Shown here piece after piece: positions 1 through 9,714 of a stretch of DNA of 64,000 nucleotides (its first letter is position 1; every line of letters starts with the position of its first letter). The notes under the pieces were generated by a model. That model was not told the DNA's origin and made no database searches. It worked only from the letters and a program-made list of their open reading frames with translations. The stretch comes from Candidatus Poribacteria bacterium (GTDB lineage Bacteria; Poribacteria; WGA-4E; WGA-3G). Where the stretch lies: NCBI GenBank assembly GCA_965215265.1, contig OZ244048.1, forward strand, positions 2,912,001 to 2,976,000, written 5' to 3'. Position numbers and translations under genes: made by a program.

Positions 1-470
1 GCCGGATGGTAACTCGCTGGGCATCTGCTGCGAACGTTGTTGGAAACCTAGTCCTTCTTGAGAGGCTGCTGTCTGAACCTATGTTCTCAAGCCTCAGTTC
101 ACCCCCCCCACCCTCACCTATCATGCGTTAAGGCTATTTCAGACTGTTTTCGGTGCAGTTTCCCGTATGATGCGGAGAAACCCCTCGTCCGCATGTATTC
201 CGTTTCTTCAGAGACTACAAAGAGTCCCTTGGCACGTTTCCTTACCCGGTCGCTTCAAGGGCTATTTTTGTTGTATCGTTGCGCACCTTATCCACGCCGT
301 GAACAAGTGGATGAAGCAGGTGACGCGGAGCCAATGTCAACACTTTTGTCAGAATCTCGTTAAAGAAGAGGAAACACATGCTGTCGCGGCAGCGTTCCAG
401 AGGGACACAGCGCACCGGGAGTTGCGTCGGCATCTATCCGGCGAAGTGCTTGGTGGAGAAGCGGCGATGA
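1..470 (+). repeat. Direct repeat copy 1 (copy 2 at 3481-3951)
   Basis: Near-identical sequence at offset 3480/3481; differs mainly in a poly-C tract and a few substitutions. Confidence 0.97.
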
Positions 471-664
471 AGGCGATTAGGGTGTTGGGTTCCAAATATG
501 TAGACGTAGCAGTATTGCGTGCGTAGGGTACACGTTGGTTGTCGGAGATAGGGAAACGGCTCCGCATTCCGAAAGACACGGCGAAGTCACGCTGGTGGAA
601 GATTCGTGAACGTGTTTACGAACATTTCGGTGTGCGGTTTCCACCCAAAAAGGGGAGTCCCTAA
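1..664 (+). pseudogene. Degenerate ECF-type sigma factor (frameshifts, in-frame TAG at 524-526); 5' end outside the window
   Basis: Reading through TAG526 gives LSEIGKRLRIPKDTAKSRWWKIRERV, a sigma-70 region 4 HTH pattern, ending at TAA664. Region-2-like pieces (FRFFRDY..., GRFKGYF) are in different frames. Confidence 0.55.
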
Positions 665-998
665 CGCGATTCAGGGTGCTTCAGGTTTATCCCTTTTTTG
701 GAAACAAAAGAGGGAATGTATGTTCACTTTCATTTATTTCTTGATTGATTTTATAGCAGTAGATGTGATAAGATGAGTGATGTCTCCTGCGAATTGAGAG
801 AGGCACCGAGGATATCTCCGACATCCATCGACGCAGTCCTGCTATAGAATCGGTATGACAGCATTGGTTTTCTATTCTATCACAAATATAGGTATGGAAG
901 AAAACTCGCGCCGTATATAAAAGGGGAACGTTTTCCCGTTGTCGCATAAAACACTGTTTTCTGGGACTTTTAACTAGCACCTCACAAAGGATTTTTAA

Positions 999-1652
999 AT
1001 GTTTAAACGAAACTGGCTTTGGGCACTTGCTTTACTCCTTCTCATCGGCATCGGAAGCTTTGTGCTTTTAAAATCTAAAGCACCGCTGAAACCGATAAAA
1101 GTCTATAAGATGATAAAACCAGAACCGGAACCGGGTCCAACAAAGACAAGCACAAGCGACACAGAAATCACCACACCACATAGCCATGAACCCAACGATA
1201 ACCACCGCCATGGGCATTCCCATGAGAAGGTGTCGCCCTCCCACGTCGTGGAACCTGTCTCCAACGATGGTGAGTATGATTGGCGAAATGATGGCGTGTT
1301 TGATGTATCCGAACAGCAAGAAGAGGCCTGGAAACCAACGGATCCAGAACGTGAATTGCCTGACGCTGCTGAGGATACCTACCCACCTCGAGACTGGCAC
1401 AAAACAGAAGATATCGAGTTGCGCGCCGAGTATTTTTACGCCCAACTCCTCAAGCAATTTGGAGACATTCCAGAAGTTCATACTGTTGGCGAATACAATT
1501 TAAACGTTGCAAAAGGTGTGCCGCAAACGCTTCGTCAAATGGAAGACTACCTTGAAGCAAACTATCATCTCTTTCGGAATGATAAAAATAAAAAAGCCCT
1601 CGAAGAATTCTATAAGCTAAAAGCATTAGGTGCAACAATGGGGGCGAAATAA
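999..1652 (+). CDS. Secreted/membrane-anchored His-rich protein, 'FGDIPE' motif family
   Basis: N-terminal hydrophobic helix, HSHxxxxxHRHGHSH segment, motif PPRDW...YAQLLKQFGDIPEV shared with the next gene. Confidence 0.8.
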   Translation: MFKRNWLWALALLLLIGIGSFVLLKSKAPLKPIKVYKMIKPEPEPGPTKTSTSDTEITTPHSHEPNDNHRHGHSHEKVSPSHVVEPVSNDGEYDWRNDGVFDVSEQQEEAWKPTDPERELPDAAEDTYPPRDWHKTEDIELRAEYFYAQLLKQFGDIPEVHTVGEYNLNVAKGVPQTLRQMEDYLEANYHLFRNDKNKKALEEFYKLKALGATMGAK

Positions 1653-1662
1653 GGAGGACTTC

Positions 1663-2508
1663 ATGAAAACGCTCAACTTTTTCGGTATCTCTATTTCTTT
1701 TATATTCGTTTATCTCCTCTGCTTAGCTGCTTTTTGCGGATGTGGCGCCACGGGAGATGAGTCCGGGCATTCAAGCGTGAACCTTGTCTCGGGAGATGAG
1801 CCCGGGCATTCAAGAGAGTACCTTCTCTCGGAAAAATTCAAATGGCCTGCCGGTGCCACCGGTGAGCTGTGGGAGCTCCCAGATGCAGATGTTGCCGAAC
1901 TGTTAGCTATAACCCCACCTGCCGATTGGCCCCAGACGGCAGACCCCGAGTTGCGTAGGAAATATCGTTTTGCCCAACTCCTCAAGCAGTTTGGAGACAT
2001 TCCCGAGCTCCGCTATATTATAGCATATGAGCGAAAACCCAAAAATATCACGATCGAGCAAGCTATCGCTGTTTCTGAAGCCATGTACCGTCTCTTCCCG
2101 AATGAAATAAACCTAAAATCACTGCGAGACATCCGCACAATAGCCGAGGAACTTCGCTCCCCACAATATAGACCTAAAAATGAACTAGATAAAAATGAAC
2201 TAGAAGTGTGGATGGATGCGGATCCTGTGGAATTCGAACTAGAAGTGTGGATGGATGCGGATCCTGTGGAATTCGAACTAGAAGTGTGGATGGATGCGGA
2301 TCCTGTGGAATTCATCGATGCCCAGCGATTATTATATGTGGAAAAATACGGAGATATCCCAGAGGTCCACACTTATCTGAATCTCCTACTAAAACAGTTA
2401 TTGGGAAAAATACTCACAGCTGCGGAACGTCAGGAAATGAACGCGGCACGCTTACATCTTAATCGACTTGAACAAGGCGAGGCTAACCCGGATGATAATG
2501 ATGACTAA
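1663..2508 (+). CDS. Putative lipoprotein, two 'FGDIPE/YGDIPE' motifs, internal 13-aa tandem repeat
   Basis: RBS AAGGAGG before ATG1663; signal ending AAFCGC; ELEVWMDADPVEF x3. Confidence 0.8.
   Translation: MKTLNFFGISISFIFVYLLCLAAFCGCGATGDESGHSSVNLVSGDEPGHSREYLLSEKFKWPAGATGELWELPDADVAELLAITPPADWPQTADPELRRKYRFAQLLKQFGDIPELRYIIAYERKPKNITIEQAIAVSEAMYRLFPNEINLKSLRDIRTIAEELRSPQYRPKNELDKNELEVWMDADPVEFELEVWMDADPVEFELEVWMDADPVEFIDAQRLLYVEKYGDIPEVHTYLNLLLKQLLGKILTAAERQEMNAARLHLNRLEQGEANPDDNDD
2197..2313 (+). repeat. Perfect 39-bp tandem repeat x3 (in-frame)
   Basis: gaactagaagtgtggatggatgcggatcctgtggaattc repeated three times. Confidence 0.95.
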
Positions 2509-2686
2509 ACCTCGCGATGTTTTTTATCCTCGTCGTGAGTCGACGTGGCTCACTTCGGCTGCTGGCTCCTGCCAGCCAATTTACCAAAACTGAAAGGGTA
2601 AAAGAGTGAAAAAAATTGCAGGTTGATAGAATACATGCAAAACATTTACTTTTACCCATCACGCTTTATCTCATAAGGAGAAACAA

Positions 2687-3034
2687 ATGTTGAAAAAAAT
2701 ATTGGAAGGTCTCTTCCTCTTTATCCTTGTGTTCGCTTTTACGATACCTTTATTGGTTATCACCAACACCGCCGATTCTACCGATAATAGGGTTCATTAT
2801 TACCTCTACCACGTTGATGTAGTCTGCCCTGATGGATCGATTTTTAGTTCTTATCGAGAATGGCGAAGCACTTCATGGACCGACGACAATCATCCAGATG
2901 ACTGGCTATTTTGCTTCGATAATGGCCAGGGGATACAATGTGACCCTTTCCACACAAGTCATTTAGTCGATTATACGTTCGATCACAGTATTACCTATAC
3001 TACTACATCTGTGTCTGCCGCCGCATGTCGTTAG
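2687..3034 (+). CDS. Small secreted 4-Cys protein of unknown function
   Basis: RBS AAGGAG, Sec-type signal, 4 Cys including a penultimate Cys. Confidence 0.75.
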   Translation: MLKKILEGLFLFILVFAFTIPLLVITNTADSTDNRVHYYLYHVDVVCPDGSIFSSYREWRSTSWTDDNHPDDWLFCFDNGQGIQCDPFHTSHLVDYTFDHSITYTTTSVSAAACR

Positions 3035-3101
3035 TTCGTTTAATAACTAGAAGCACGCGGCAGTATACTAAAAAATCAGTCGTTACTGACAGAGGTTCAA
3101 A

Positions 3102-3142
3102 AGGGAAACGCGGTTACATACAATATGAGAACCGCGTTTCCC
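3102..3142 (+). terminator. Hairpin downstream of the small Cys protein
   Basis: gggaaacgcggtt...aaccgcgtttccc inverted repeat. Confidence 0.55.
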
Positions 3143-3258
3143 TATTTCTAAAAGGAAAAATTGTCTCCAAAAACTCTGAAACTCACAGAAGAAAGTTACT
3201 AGGGAGAACGGACACTCCACCTCCGCGTTATAGTAAGCTCTGTAATTACTAGGACATT

Positions 3259-3362
3259 CACAGACATCTTCGTATGCTTTTCTTGCATTTTCATGTGACA
3301 AAAACTGGTTTAGGGGGTATAATTATAAATAATCTGATTTCAAAAGGGCAATTTTCAGATTT
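3259..3362 (+). promoter_or_regulatory. Conserved promoter/operator block, copy 1
   Basis: GTGACA-17nt-TATAAT (3295-3323) followed by an AATCTGA...TCAGATT dyad; repeated at 14780-14886 and 47504-47568(-). Confidence 0.65.
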
Positions 3363-3480
3363 TAATCGCAAATATGTCTCGTGTTGCCCTTCATTTTTCC
3401 ATAGAGAGTCTTGTAAGAGGTCATGAGAACAATGAATAGATACTGTCATGTTAACATTTTGATTCGTTGTGTATCATCAA

Positions 3481-3951
3481 GCCGGATGGTAACTCGCTGG
3501 GCATCTGCTGCGAACGTTGTTGGAAACCTAGTCCTTCTTGAGAGGCTGCTGTCTGAACCTATGTTCTCAAGCCTCAGTTCACCCCCCCCCCACCTCACCT
3601 ATCATGTGTTAAGGCTATTTCAGACTGTTTTCGGTGCAGTTTCCCGTATGATGCGGAGAAACCCCTCGTCCGCATGTATTCCGTTTCTTCAGAGACTACA
3701 AAGAGTCCCTTGGCACGTTTCCTTACCCGGTCGCTTCAAGGGCTATTTTTGTTGTATCGTTGCGCACCTTATCCACGCCGTGAACAAGTGGATGAAACAG
3801 GTGACGCGGAGCCAATGTCAACACTTCTGTCAGAATCTCGTTAAAGAAGAGGAAACACATGCTGTCGCGGCAGCGTTCCAGAGGGACACAGCGCACCGGG
3901 AGTTGCGTCGGCATCTGTCCGGCGACGTGCTTGGTGGAGAAGCGGCGATGA
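3481..3951 (+). pseudogene. Second, 3'-truncated copy of the ECF sigma remnant (direct repeat copy 2)
   Basis: Matches 1-470; identity stops at ~3951, just upstream of murA. Confidence 0.6.
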
Positions 3952-4109
3952 CGGAGGATTGCCAGAGAAAGCCTCTCTGCCTTCCTACCGCAATCCCATT
4001 TTCACGAAACTTGCTTTCTATTGGTAAGTCTCTTCCTTGTGCACAGGGAATGAATCGAGCAAACCGTGAATCTTCGGCGCGGAATCTATTAACTTAGCAG
4101 GAGGAAAAA

Positions 4110-5450
4110 ATGTCGAATCGCAAAGAAGTTACTGAACAGAAAACAAAGGAAAAGCGTTATCTTATTGAGGGTGGATATAAACTTGAAGGGGTTGTTGAAG
4201 TGGATGCAGCAAAGAACGCTATTAGTAAACAAATCGTTGCCTCAATATTAACAGAGGCCCCCTGTACTTTTACGAATGTCCCTCGTATTACCGAGATTAA
4301 CGCAATTCTTGATATGCTCTCAGAGATAGGGGCGAGCTATGAATGGTTGGACGAGGGGACATTGGTTATTCAAACGCCAAAACTTGCGCGGGCGACAGTG
4401 AGTGAAAAATATTCGGGTTTCAACCGTATCCCGATCTTGCTTCTTGCTCCGCTTTTACATCGTGCCAAAGAAGTGAAAGTTCCAGTCGTTGGCGGATGTC
4501 GAATCGGAGAGCGTCCTGTTGATTATCATATAGCAGGATTAGAAGCTATGGGAGCAAGTGTAGAAATATCCGATAAATATTATATAGCCCGCAGCGGAAA
4601 ATTACAAGGTGCTGTGGTGGAATTACCGTATCCGAGTGTAGGAGCGACAGAAAATATATTAATGGCAGCGACACTGGCAGAAGGGACAACTGTTATTATT
4701 AATGCAGCGATAGAACCTGAAATTATTGATACGATTCTTTTCCTGCAGAAAATGGGAGCTTTGATTGCCATCGATGTTGATAGACGAATTATAATTGAAG
4801 GAGTTAATGAGCTCCACGGGGCTACGCATTATACAATGAGTGATAGAATTGAAGTGGCATCGCTCGCCACCGCCGCGCTCGCCACAAATGGACGTGTTAC
4901 CGTAAAAAATGCCCAGCAAGTACACATGATTGCATTCCTCAATGAGCTGCGGAAAGCCGGAGGGGAAATGCAGGTTGATGCCGATGGGATTACATTTTTT
5001 CGAAAAAACCGTGAATTGCATGGGACCCACATCGAAACGGATGTCCATCCAGGGTTCATGACTGACTGGCAACAACCTTTTGTGGTTTTGCTTACACAAG
5101 CACATGGAGTTTCTGTTATACATGAGACCGTATATGAGGATAGATTTGGTTATACTCATATGCTGGGGACTATGGGGGCTGATATTGATTTATCCAGATC
5201 ATGTCTTGGTCATAAATTTTGTCGATTTCGGGATAAAAATTATTTACATAGTTGTATCGTCCGAGGTCCCACACAACTCAAAGGGCAGACCATCACGATT
5301 CCTGATTTACGCGCAGGGTACGCTTATATAATTGCTGCGTTAGTCGCAGAAGGAGCCAGTGAAGTCAGAGGAATTAATTATATAGAACGTGGGTATGCTA
5401 AAGTGCCTGAGAAACTCAAAGCAATAGGGGCTACCATTGATGTCTTGTGA
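4110..5450 (+). CDS. murA: UDP-N-acetylglucosamine 1-carboxyvinyltransferase
   Basis: AKNA, GGCRIGERPVDYH (catalytic Cys), SVGATEN, DRIE, PGFMTD and DLRAG motifs; RBS GGAGG. Confidence 0.97.
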   Translation: MSNRKEVTEQKTKEKRYLIEGGYKLEGVVEVDAAKNAISKQIVASILTEAPCTFTNVPRITEINAILDMLSEIGASYEWLDEGTLVIQTPKLARATVSEKYSGFNRIPILLLAPLLHRAKEVKVPVVGGCRIGERPVDYHIAGLEAMGASVEISDKYYIARSGKLQGAVVELPYPSVGATENILMAATLAEGTTVIINAAIEPEIIDTILFLQKMGALIAIDVDRRIIIEGVNELHGATHYTMSDRIEVASLATAALATNGRVTVKNAQQVHMIAFLNELRKAGGEMQVDADGITFFRKNRELHGTHIETDVHPGFMTDWQQPFVVLLTQAHGVSVIHETVYEDRFGYTHMLGTMGADIDLSRSCLGHKFCRFRDKNYLHSCIVRGPTQLKGQTITIPDLRAGYAYIIAALVAEGASEVRGINYIERGYAKVPEKLKAIGATIDVL

Positions 5451-5766
5451 TGGACAACATCCCGCTGAGTAAAATTAGGATATAACTGTTAAGACTCTTT
5501 CTTCTGAGTCACTCAGTTATAAACCGATTCCGATTTTTCACAGAGTTCGTATGCCCGACTGCGTTTCTAATCATCCCGAGATGACAGTGCCATTACGATT
5601 CAGGTACGAAAAAGAATTCCCTGAAAAACGACGACATTTAGGAGAACACCAGAATGGATGCAAGTCTTGTCATTCCTAGGTGATGACGGTACGGAGATGT
5701 ACAAGCCAGCAACTTGTGATGTGCTGCAGTATACAAAAACGCCTACGATTGCATAGAAAGAAAACC

Positions 5767-7494
5767 ATGAAAAACATCCTGCGAATTTTAGCGTATGTGC
5801 GCCCGTATTGGCACTTTCAGCTGCTCTATATTTGCTTTTCACTCGTGTATGCGGGGTCTCTTTTGGCATTTCCGTGGCTTGAAAAACTCTTGATTGATGA
5901 TGTCTTGACTGCAGGCAACGCAGACATGCTGCTGCCCCTATGTAGCCTCTATCTTTTGATAGCCGTGGGGCTCTTCTTTATTACATTTTGTATGCGCTAT
6001 TTTGGAACAAAAGTCTCACAAAATGTCTCTAAAGACATCAAACTCGATGCCTACCATCACCTGCGGAAGTTGGGCTTTCATTTTTACGATTCACAGCAAA
6101 CCGGGCGGACGATGGCCCTCTTTAATTCGGATATCCCCAAAGCCGCCGGACTTCGCGGTTTTATAGGGGGTTATTTGCTCCGGTGTATTGAGTTTATTTC
6201 CACGTTTTGCCTTGTGATGTCTTTCCGTTGGCAGCTCGGTCTGTTCGCGCTGCTGCTTGTTGGCTTAAATCTCCTGATTCCCATTTTGTTAGATAAACCT
6301 CTTAAAAGAATCGGCACGGAGATTCAAGAACATCGGGCAACGTTATCTGCCATTTTGCAAGAGGGCATCGCAGGGTCAGGCGAACTGAAAGGACTTGGGA
6401 AGGAACTTTTTGATTTAAAGAACATCCAGCAATCGCTTTTACGCTTGGTTTCTCTTAACATCAAGCAGCTAATCATTCGGAAGATAGGAAGTATCAATGT
6501 CGTCCTGTTTTGGGCAGCACACGCTTTGATACTTTTCGTCGGTGGCGGGTACGTCTTGCGGCAAATGATGACTGTCGGGACACTCATTGCGTCAACAAGG
6601 TATTTCGGGAGTTTGTATAATCCGCTGCGGTGGATAATAGATTATCATATCGGTGTCCCTTTAAGCTTGGTTGCCGCCCGCCGTGTTTTTGCCTTCTTTG
6701 ATGAATACGCGGAAGAACCGCAAGACGGAACCCCAATCGCAGACGTGACGGGATATGTTCGATTTTCCAATGTCTCTTTTCAGTATCGCGAAAAGCACCC
6801 CGTTTTGAAGGCGGTCAGTTTCGAAGCAATGCCGGGGGAAACGGTGGCAATCGTTGGCCACAGTGGGGCGGGGAAAAGCACGTTGATACGTCTGATTCCA
6901 CGCTTCTATCAACCGCAACAGGGCGGCATCTTTATCGACACGATACCGATTGATAAGATTCAACTTCAATCGCTGCGATCGCATATCGGCCTTGTCTTTC
7001 AAGACCCCTACCTATTTGCGGACACCGTCGCATATAATATCCGTATCGGGGCAGAAGCCCCGGAGGCAGTGACACTTGACGAGGTTGCAACTGCGGCAAA
7101 GTTGGCAAATGCACACGACTTCATTATGAACTTACCCGAACAATACGAGAGTAAAGTCGGCGAGCGCGGCGTTCGCTTATCTGGCGGCGAACGGCAACGC
7201 CTTGCGATTGCACGCCTCTTCCTGAGAAATCCAAAGATTTTAATTCTCGATGAGGCAACATCCTCCTTAGATGCAGAATCTGAAGCCTTGGTGCAAGAAG
7301 CCCTCACGCAACTTATCAAGGGACGCACGTGTTTTGTCATCGCACATAGACTCTCTACTATATTGAACGCGGATAAAATCCTTGTACTGAATGATGGTAG
7401 ACTCGTTGAAACGGGCACACATAGCACTTTGATTCAACAACAAGGGGTATACCACAGATTGTTTCAAGCACAGTTTGCGAAGATGAAGGTTTAG
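5767..7494 (+). CDS. ABC exporter (TMD+NBD, MsbA-like); paralog of 43380-45128
   Basis: 6-TM N-half, Walker A GHSGAGKS, LSGGE signature, ILDEATS. Confidence 0.93.
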   Translation: MKNILRILAYVRPYWHFQLLYICFSLVYAGSLLAFPWLEKLLIDDVLTAGNADMLLPLCSLYLLIAVGLFFITFCMRYFGTKVSQNVSKDIKLDAYHHLRKLGFHFYDSQQTGRTMALFNSDIPKAAGLRGFIGGYLLRCIEFISTFCLVMSFRWQLGLFALLLVGLNLLIPILLDKPLKRIGTEIQEHRATLSAILQEGIAGSGELKGLGKELFDLKNIQQSLLRLVSLNIKQLIIRKIGSINVVLFWAAHALILFVGGGYVLRQMMTVGTLIASTRYFGSLYNPLRWIIDYHIGVPLSLVAARRVFAFFDEYAEEPQDGTPIADVTGYVRFSNVSFQYREKHPVLKAVSFEAMPGETVAIVGHSGAGKSTLIRLIPRFYQPQQGGIFIDTIPIDKIQLQSLRSHIGLVFQDPYLFADTVAYNIRIGAEAPEAVTLDEVATAAKLANAHDFIMNLPEQYESKVGERGVRLSGGERQRLAIARLFLRNPKILILDEATSSLDAESEALVQEALTQLIKGRTCFVIAHRLSTILNADKILVLNDGRLVETGTHSTLIQQQGVYHRLFQAQFAKMKV

Positions 7495-7576
7495 CCGCTT
7501 TCTTCTACAAGAGCACAACAATGATTGCTGTGGCAGGTTAGGTATGGCAGGAACCCTGCCACCTGCCACCCACTGG

Positions 7577-7674
7577 GAGCCCTTCGATGTTTTGAATTTT
7601 AAAGACTCTGCCTAAGTAGATTTGTAAAGGATTATCAAAAACATAACCCTTGATGGGGCTGAAAGATACAAAAA
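7577..7674. repeat. Right half of the ~160-bp palindromic dispersed repeat
   Basis: gagcccttcgatgt...agatttgtaaagg...ggggctgaaagatacaaaa; its reverse complement matches 32548-32600. Confidence 0.75.
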
Positions 7675-8936
7675 TGCGTTTCGTTGAAGCACTCGCCATT
7701 GCAATCAAAAACTTACTTGCAAACAAACTACGTTCATCACTCACGATGCTAGGCATTCTCATCGGCATCGCACTGGTACTCGCAATGATGGCCATTGGCG
7801 AGGGTGCCAAGCAGATCATCATTGAGGATATTGAAAAGATTGGAGGGCTAAACGTATTCACACTTTACCGCCCCTCATACAAGTGGGTTGGCAACCGCCG
7901 CGTCCGAAATCGAAGCCGGGAACATTTCGATTATGCGGATGCTTTAGCCATTGCGGCGGAATGCCCCTCTGTAAGGATAGTTGTCCCGCGCGTTCCATCG
8001 TGGCTCGGTGTGTTGATGCAAGCCGCAGACGGCAGGCACTTTCGTGGCGGGTATAACGGCGTGGATTCCAACTATACAGTCGCAATGGAATGGGACTTGC
8101 ACGAAGGACGGTTTATTTCAGCCGAAGATGTCGACAATGCGACGAAAGTCGTTGTACTCGGCAACAATGTCGCTACCGCTCTCTTTGGAGAGGCCTCTGC
8201 ACTCGGAAAAGCGATAAAAATTCGCAAGCGCAGGATAACCGAACGGTTTATTATTATCGGCACACTTCTGCCACGCGGGCATAGTTTTAAATTCGGCGTG
8301 AGTTTCGACGACCTCGTTTTTATTCCCATTACCACGGCACAACAACGTTTCACTGGCACTAAACGTATTCCACATATTGTTGTTCAGGCCCACACTGTAG
8401 AAGATGTTGACACTGCGATAGAGGAAGTCAAAATGATCCTCCAAAAACGCCACTCAAACGAAGACGACTTCTTCAACATTTCTGACCCGCGCGGGGCACT
8501 GTCGAGCCTGTCGAAAATCAGCACAATCCTAAAAATCGCATTGGGCAGCATCGCCGGATTTTCGCTGCTCATCGGCGGAATTGGCGTTATGAACATGATG
8601 TTTGTCGCTGTAGGAGAACGCACGCGTGAAATCGGGATACGCAAGGCACTCGGTGCCAGAAGTGCAGAGATTCTGTTGCAATTTTTAAGTGAATCTATGA
8701 TCTTATGTGGCATCGGTGGGATTTTGGGCGTTGGGCTGGGAGTCTTCACTAGCAAGGGAGTCGCCTCTATCGCCGTGCGCATTGTGAAAATCGTCCCTAA
8801 CTGGCCCTCCGCGATATCCGTAGAATGGGTGCTGATTTCAGTCTGCTTTTCAGTGTTACTCGGTGTCGGCTGCGGGCTTTATCCCGCCATAAAAGCAATG
8901 CGGATGCCGCCGATTGAAGCATTACGGTCCTTGTAA
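7674..8936 (+). CDS. MacB/FtsX-family ABC permease (MacB_PCD + FtsX)
   Basis: RSSLTMLGILIG, GGIGVMNMM...ERTREIGIRKALGA, C-terminal PIEALR. Confidence 0.93.
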   Translation: MRFVEALAIAIKNLLANKLRSSLTMLGILIGIALVLAMMAIGEGAKQIIIEDIEKIGGLNVFTLYRPSYKWVGNRRVRNRSREHFDYADALAIAAECPSVRIVVPRVPSWLGVLMQAADGRHFRGGYNGVDSNYTVAMEWDLHEGRFISAEDVDNATKVVVLGNNVATALFGEASALGKAIKIRKRRITERFIIIGTLLPRGHSFKFGVSFDDLVFIPITTAQQRFTGTKRIPHIVVQAHTVEDVDTAIEEVKMILQKRHSNEDDFFNISDPRGALSSLSKISTILKIALGSIAGFSLLIGGIGVMNMMFVAVGERTREIGIRKALGARSAEILLQFLSESMILCGIGGILGVGLGVFTSKGVASIAVRIVKIVPNWPSAISVEWVLISVCFSVLLGVGCGLYPAIKAMRMPPIEALRSL

Positions 8937-8984
8937 TTCGGACGCTCAAAACATGACAAAACTTTTCGGCAGGAAGAGATTTTT

Positions 8985-9293
8985 TCATGCTTCTCGGGCT
9001 TCTATAGAGAGTTTAAATCCCAATCCCTGTAAGATTTCACTGATTGTTTTCAAGTGCGGATTTCCGTTCTCAGAAAGGGCTTTATAAAGCCCTTCACGGG
9101 TGAAGCTGACACGCTTAACTAACTCAGACATGCCACCTTGTGCCGCTGCCACATCTCTCACAGCAAGCAAAAAAGATTCTACCTCGCCGTTTTCCTGATA
9201 ATCGGAGAGGGCAACAGAGAGGTAGAGCTTTGCGTCCTCCGGGTCATGTAGTCGTTGAATATGGTAGTCTTTGAAGTTTCTATAGTTCTGCAT
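8985..9293 (-). CDS. Addiction-module antitoxin, HTH (HI1420-like)
   Basis: GGMSELV...REGLYKALSENGNP HTH; overlaps the upstream toxin. Confidence 0.88.
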   Translation of the reverse strand: MQNYRNFKDYHIQRLHDPEDAKLYLSVALSDYQENGEVESFLLAVRDVAAAQGGMSELVKRVSFTREGLYKALSENGNPHLKTISEILQGLGFKLSIEAREA

Positions 9294-9621
9294 CTGCTAA
9301 CTCCCTTGAGCGATCTGCTTTCCAATCGGCTTTTGCTTGTTGGATGTCTCGAGATTGCGAAGATTTATCCCCACCTCGCAAGAGTAAAATAGCATCGGTG
9401 CCGATCCTACCAAAGTAAATCCGGTAGCCTGCGCCAAACGGCAATCGACATTCAAACACGCCGTCGCCCACGGACCGAAAATCGCCGAGATTGCAGGTCT
9501 CTTCAATACGTCTCAAACGGCTTCGGATTCTCATAACTGTCGTGCTATCCCTGAGAGAAGACAGCCATTCTATGAAAGGCTCTTTCCCATTTAGGTTTCG
9601 ATAGATTTTCAGTTCCATCAC
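9280..9621 (-). CDS. Addiction-module killer protein, RelE/HigB-like (HI1419-like)
   Basis: GKEPFIEWL...NLGDFRSVGDGVFE...GAGYRIYFG...GGDKSSQ. Confidence 0.88.
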   Translation of the reverse strand: MMELKIYRNLNGKEPFIEWLSSLRDSTTVMRIRSRLRRIEETCNLGDFRSVGDGVFECRLPFGAGYRIYFGRIGTDAILLLRGGDKSSQSRDIQQAKADWKADRSRELADAEL

Positions 9622-9714
9622 TTAATTGTAAACTATAGTTTACAAATTGTCAACCTTTTCCCTGATTTTCCATGTTTTTGTCTGTTCTTGCGAAAAGAAA
9701 CATTATTTTAACAT

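Noticed and set aside
524-526. Pyrrolysine or stop-codon recoding in the sigma remnant
   Set aside because: The gene also has frameshifts, and TAG is a normal stop in other genes here.
2197-2313. Possible CRISPR array
   Set aside because: Contiguous 39-bp units with no spacers, in frame within a CDS.
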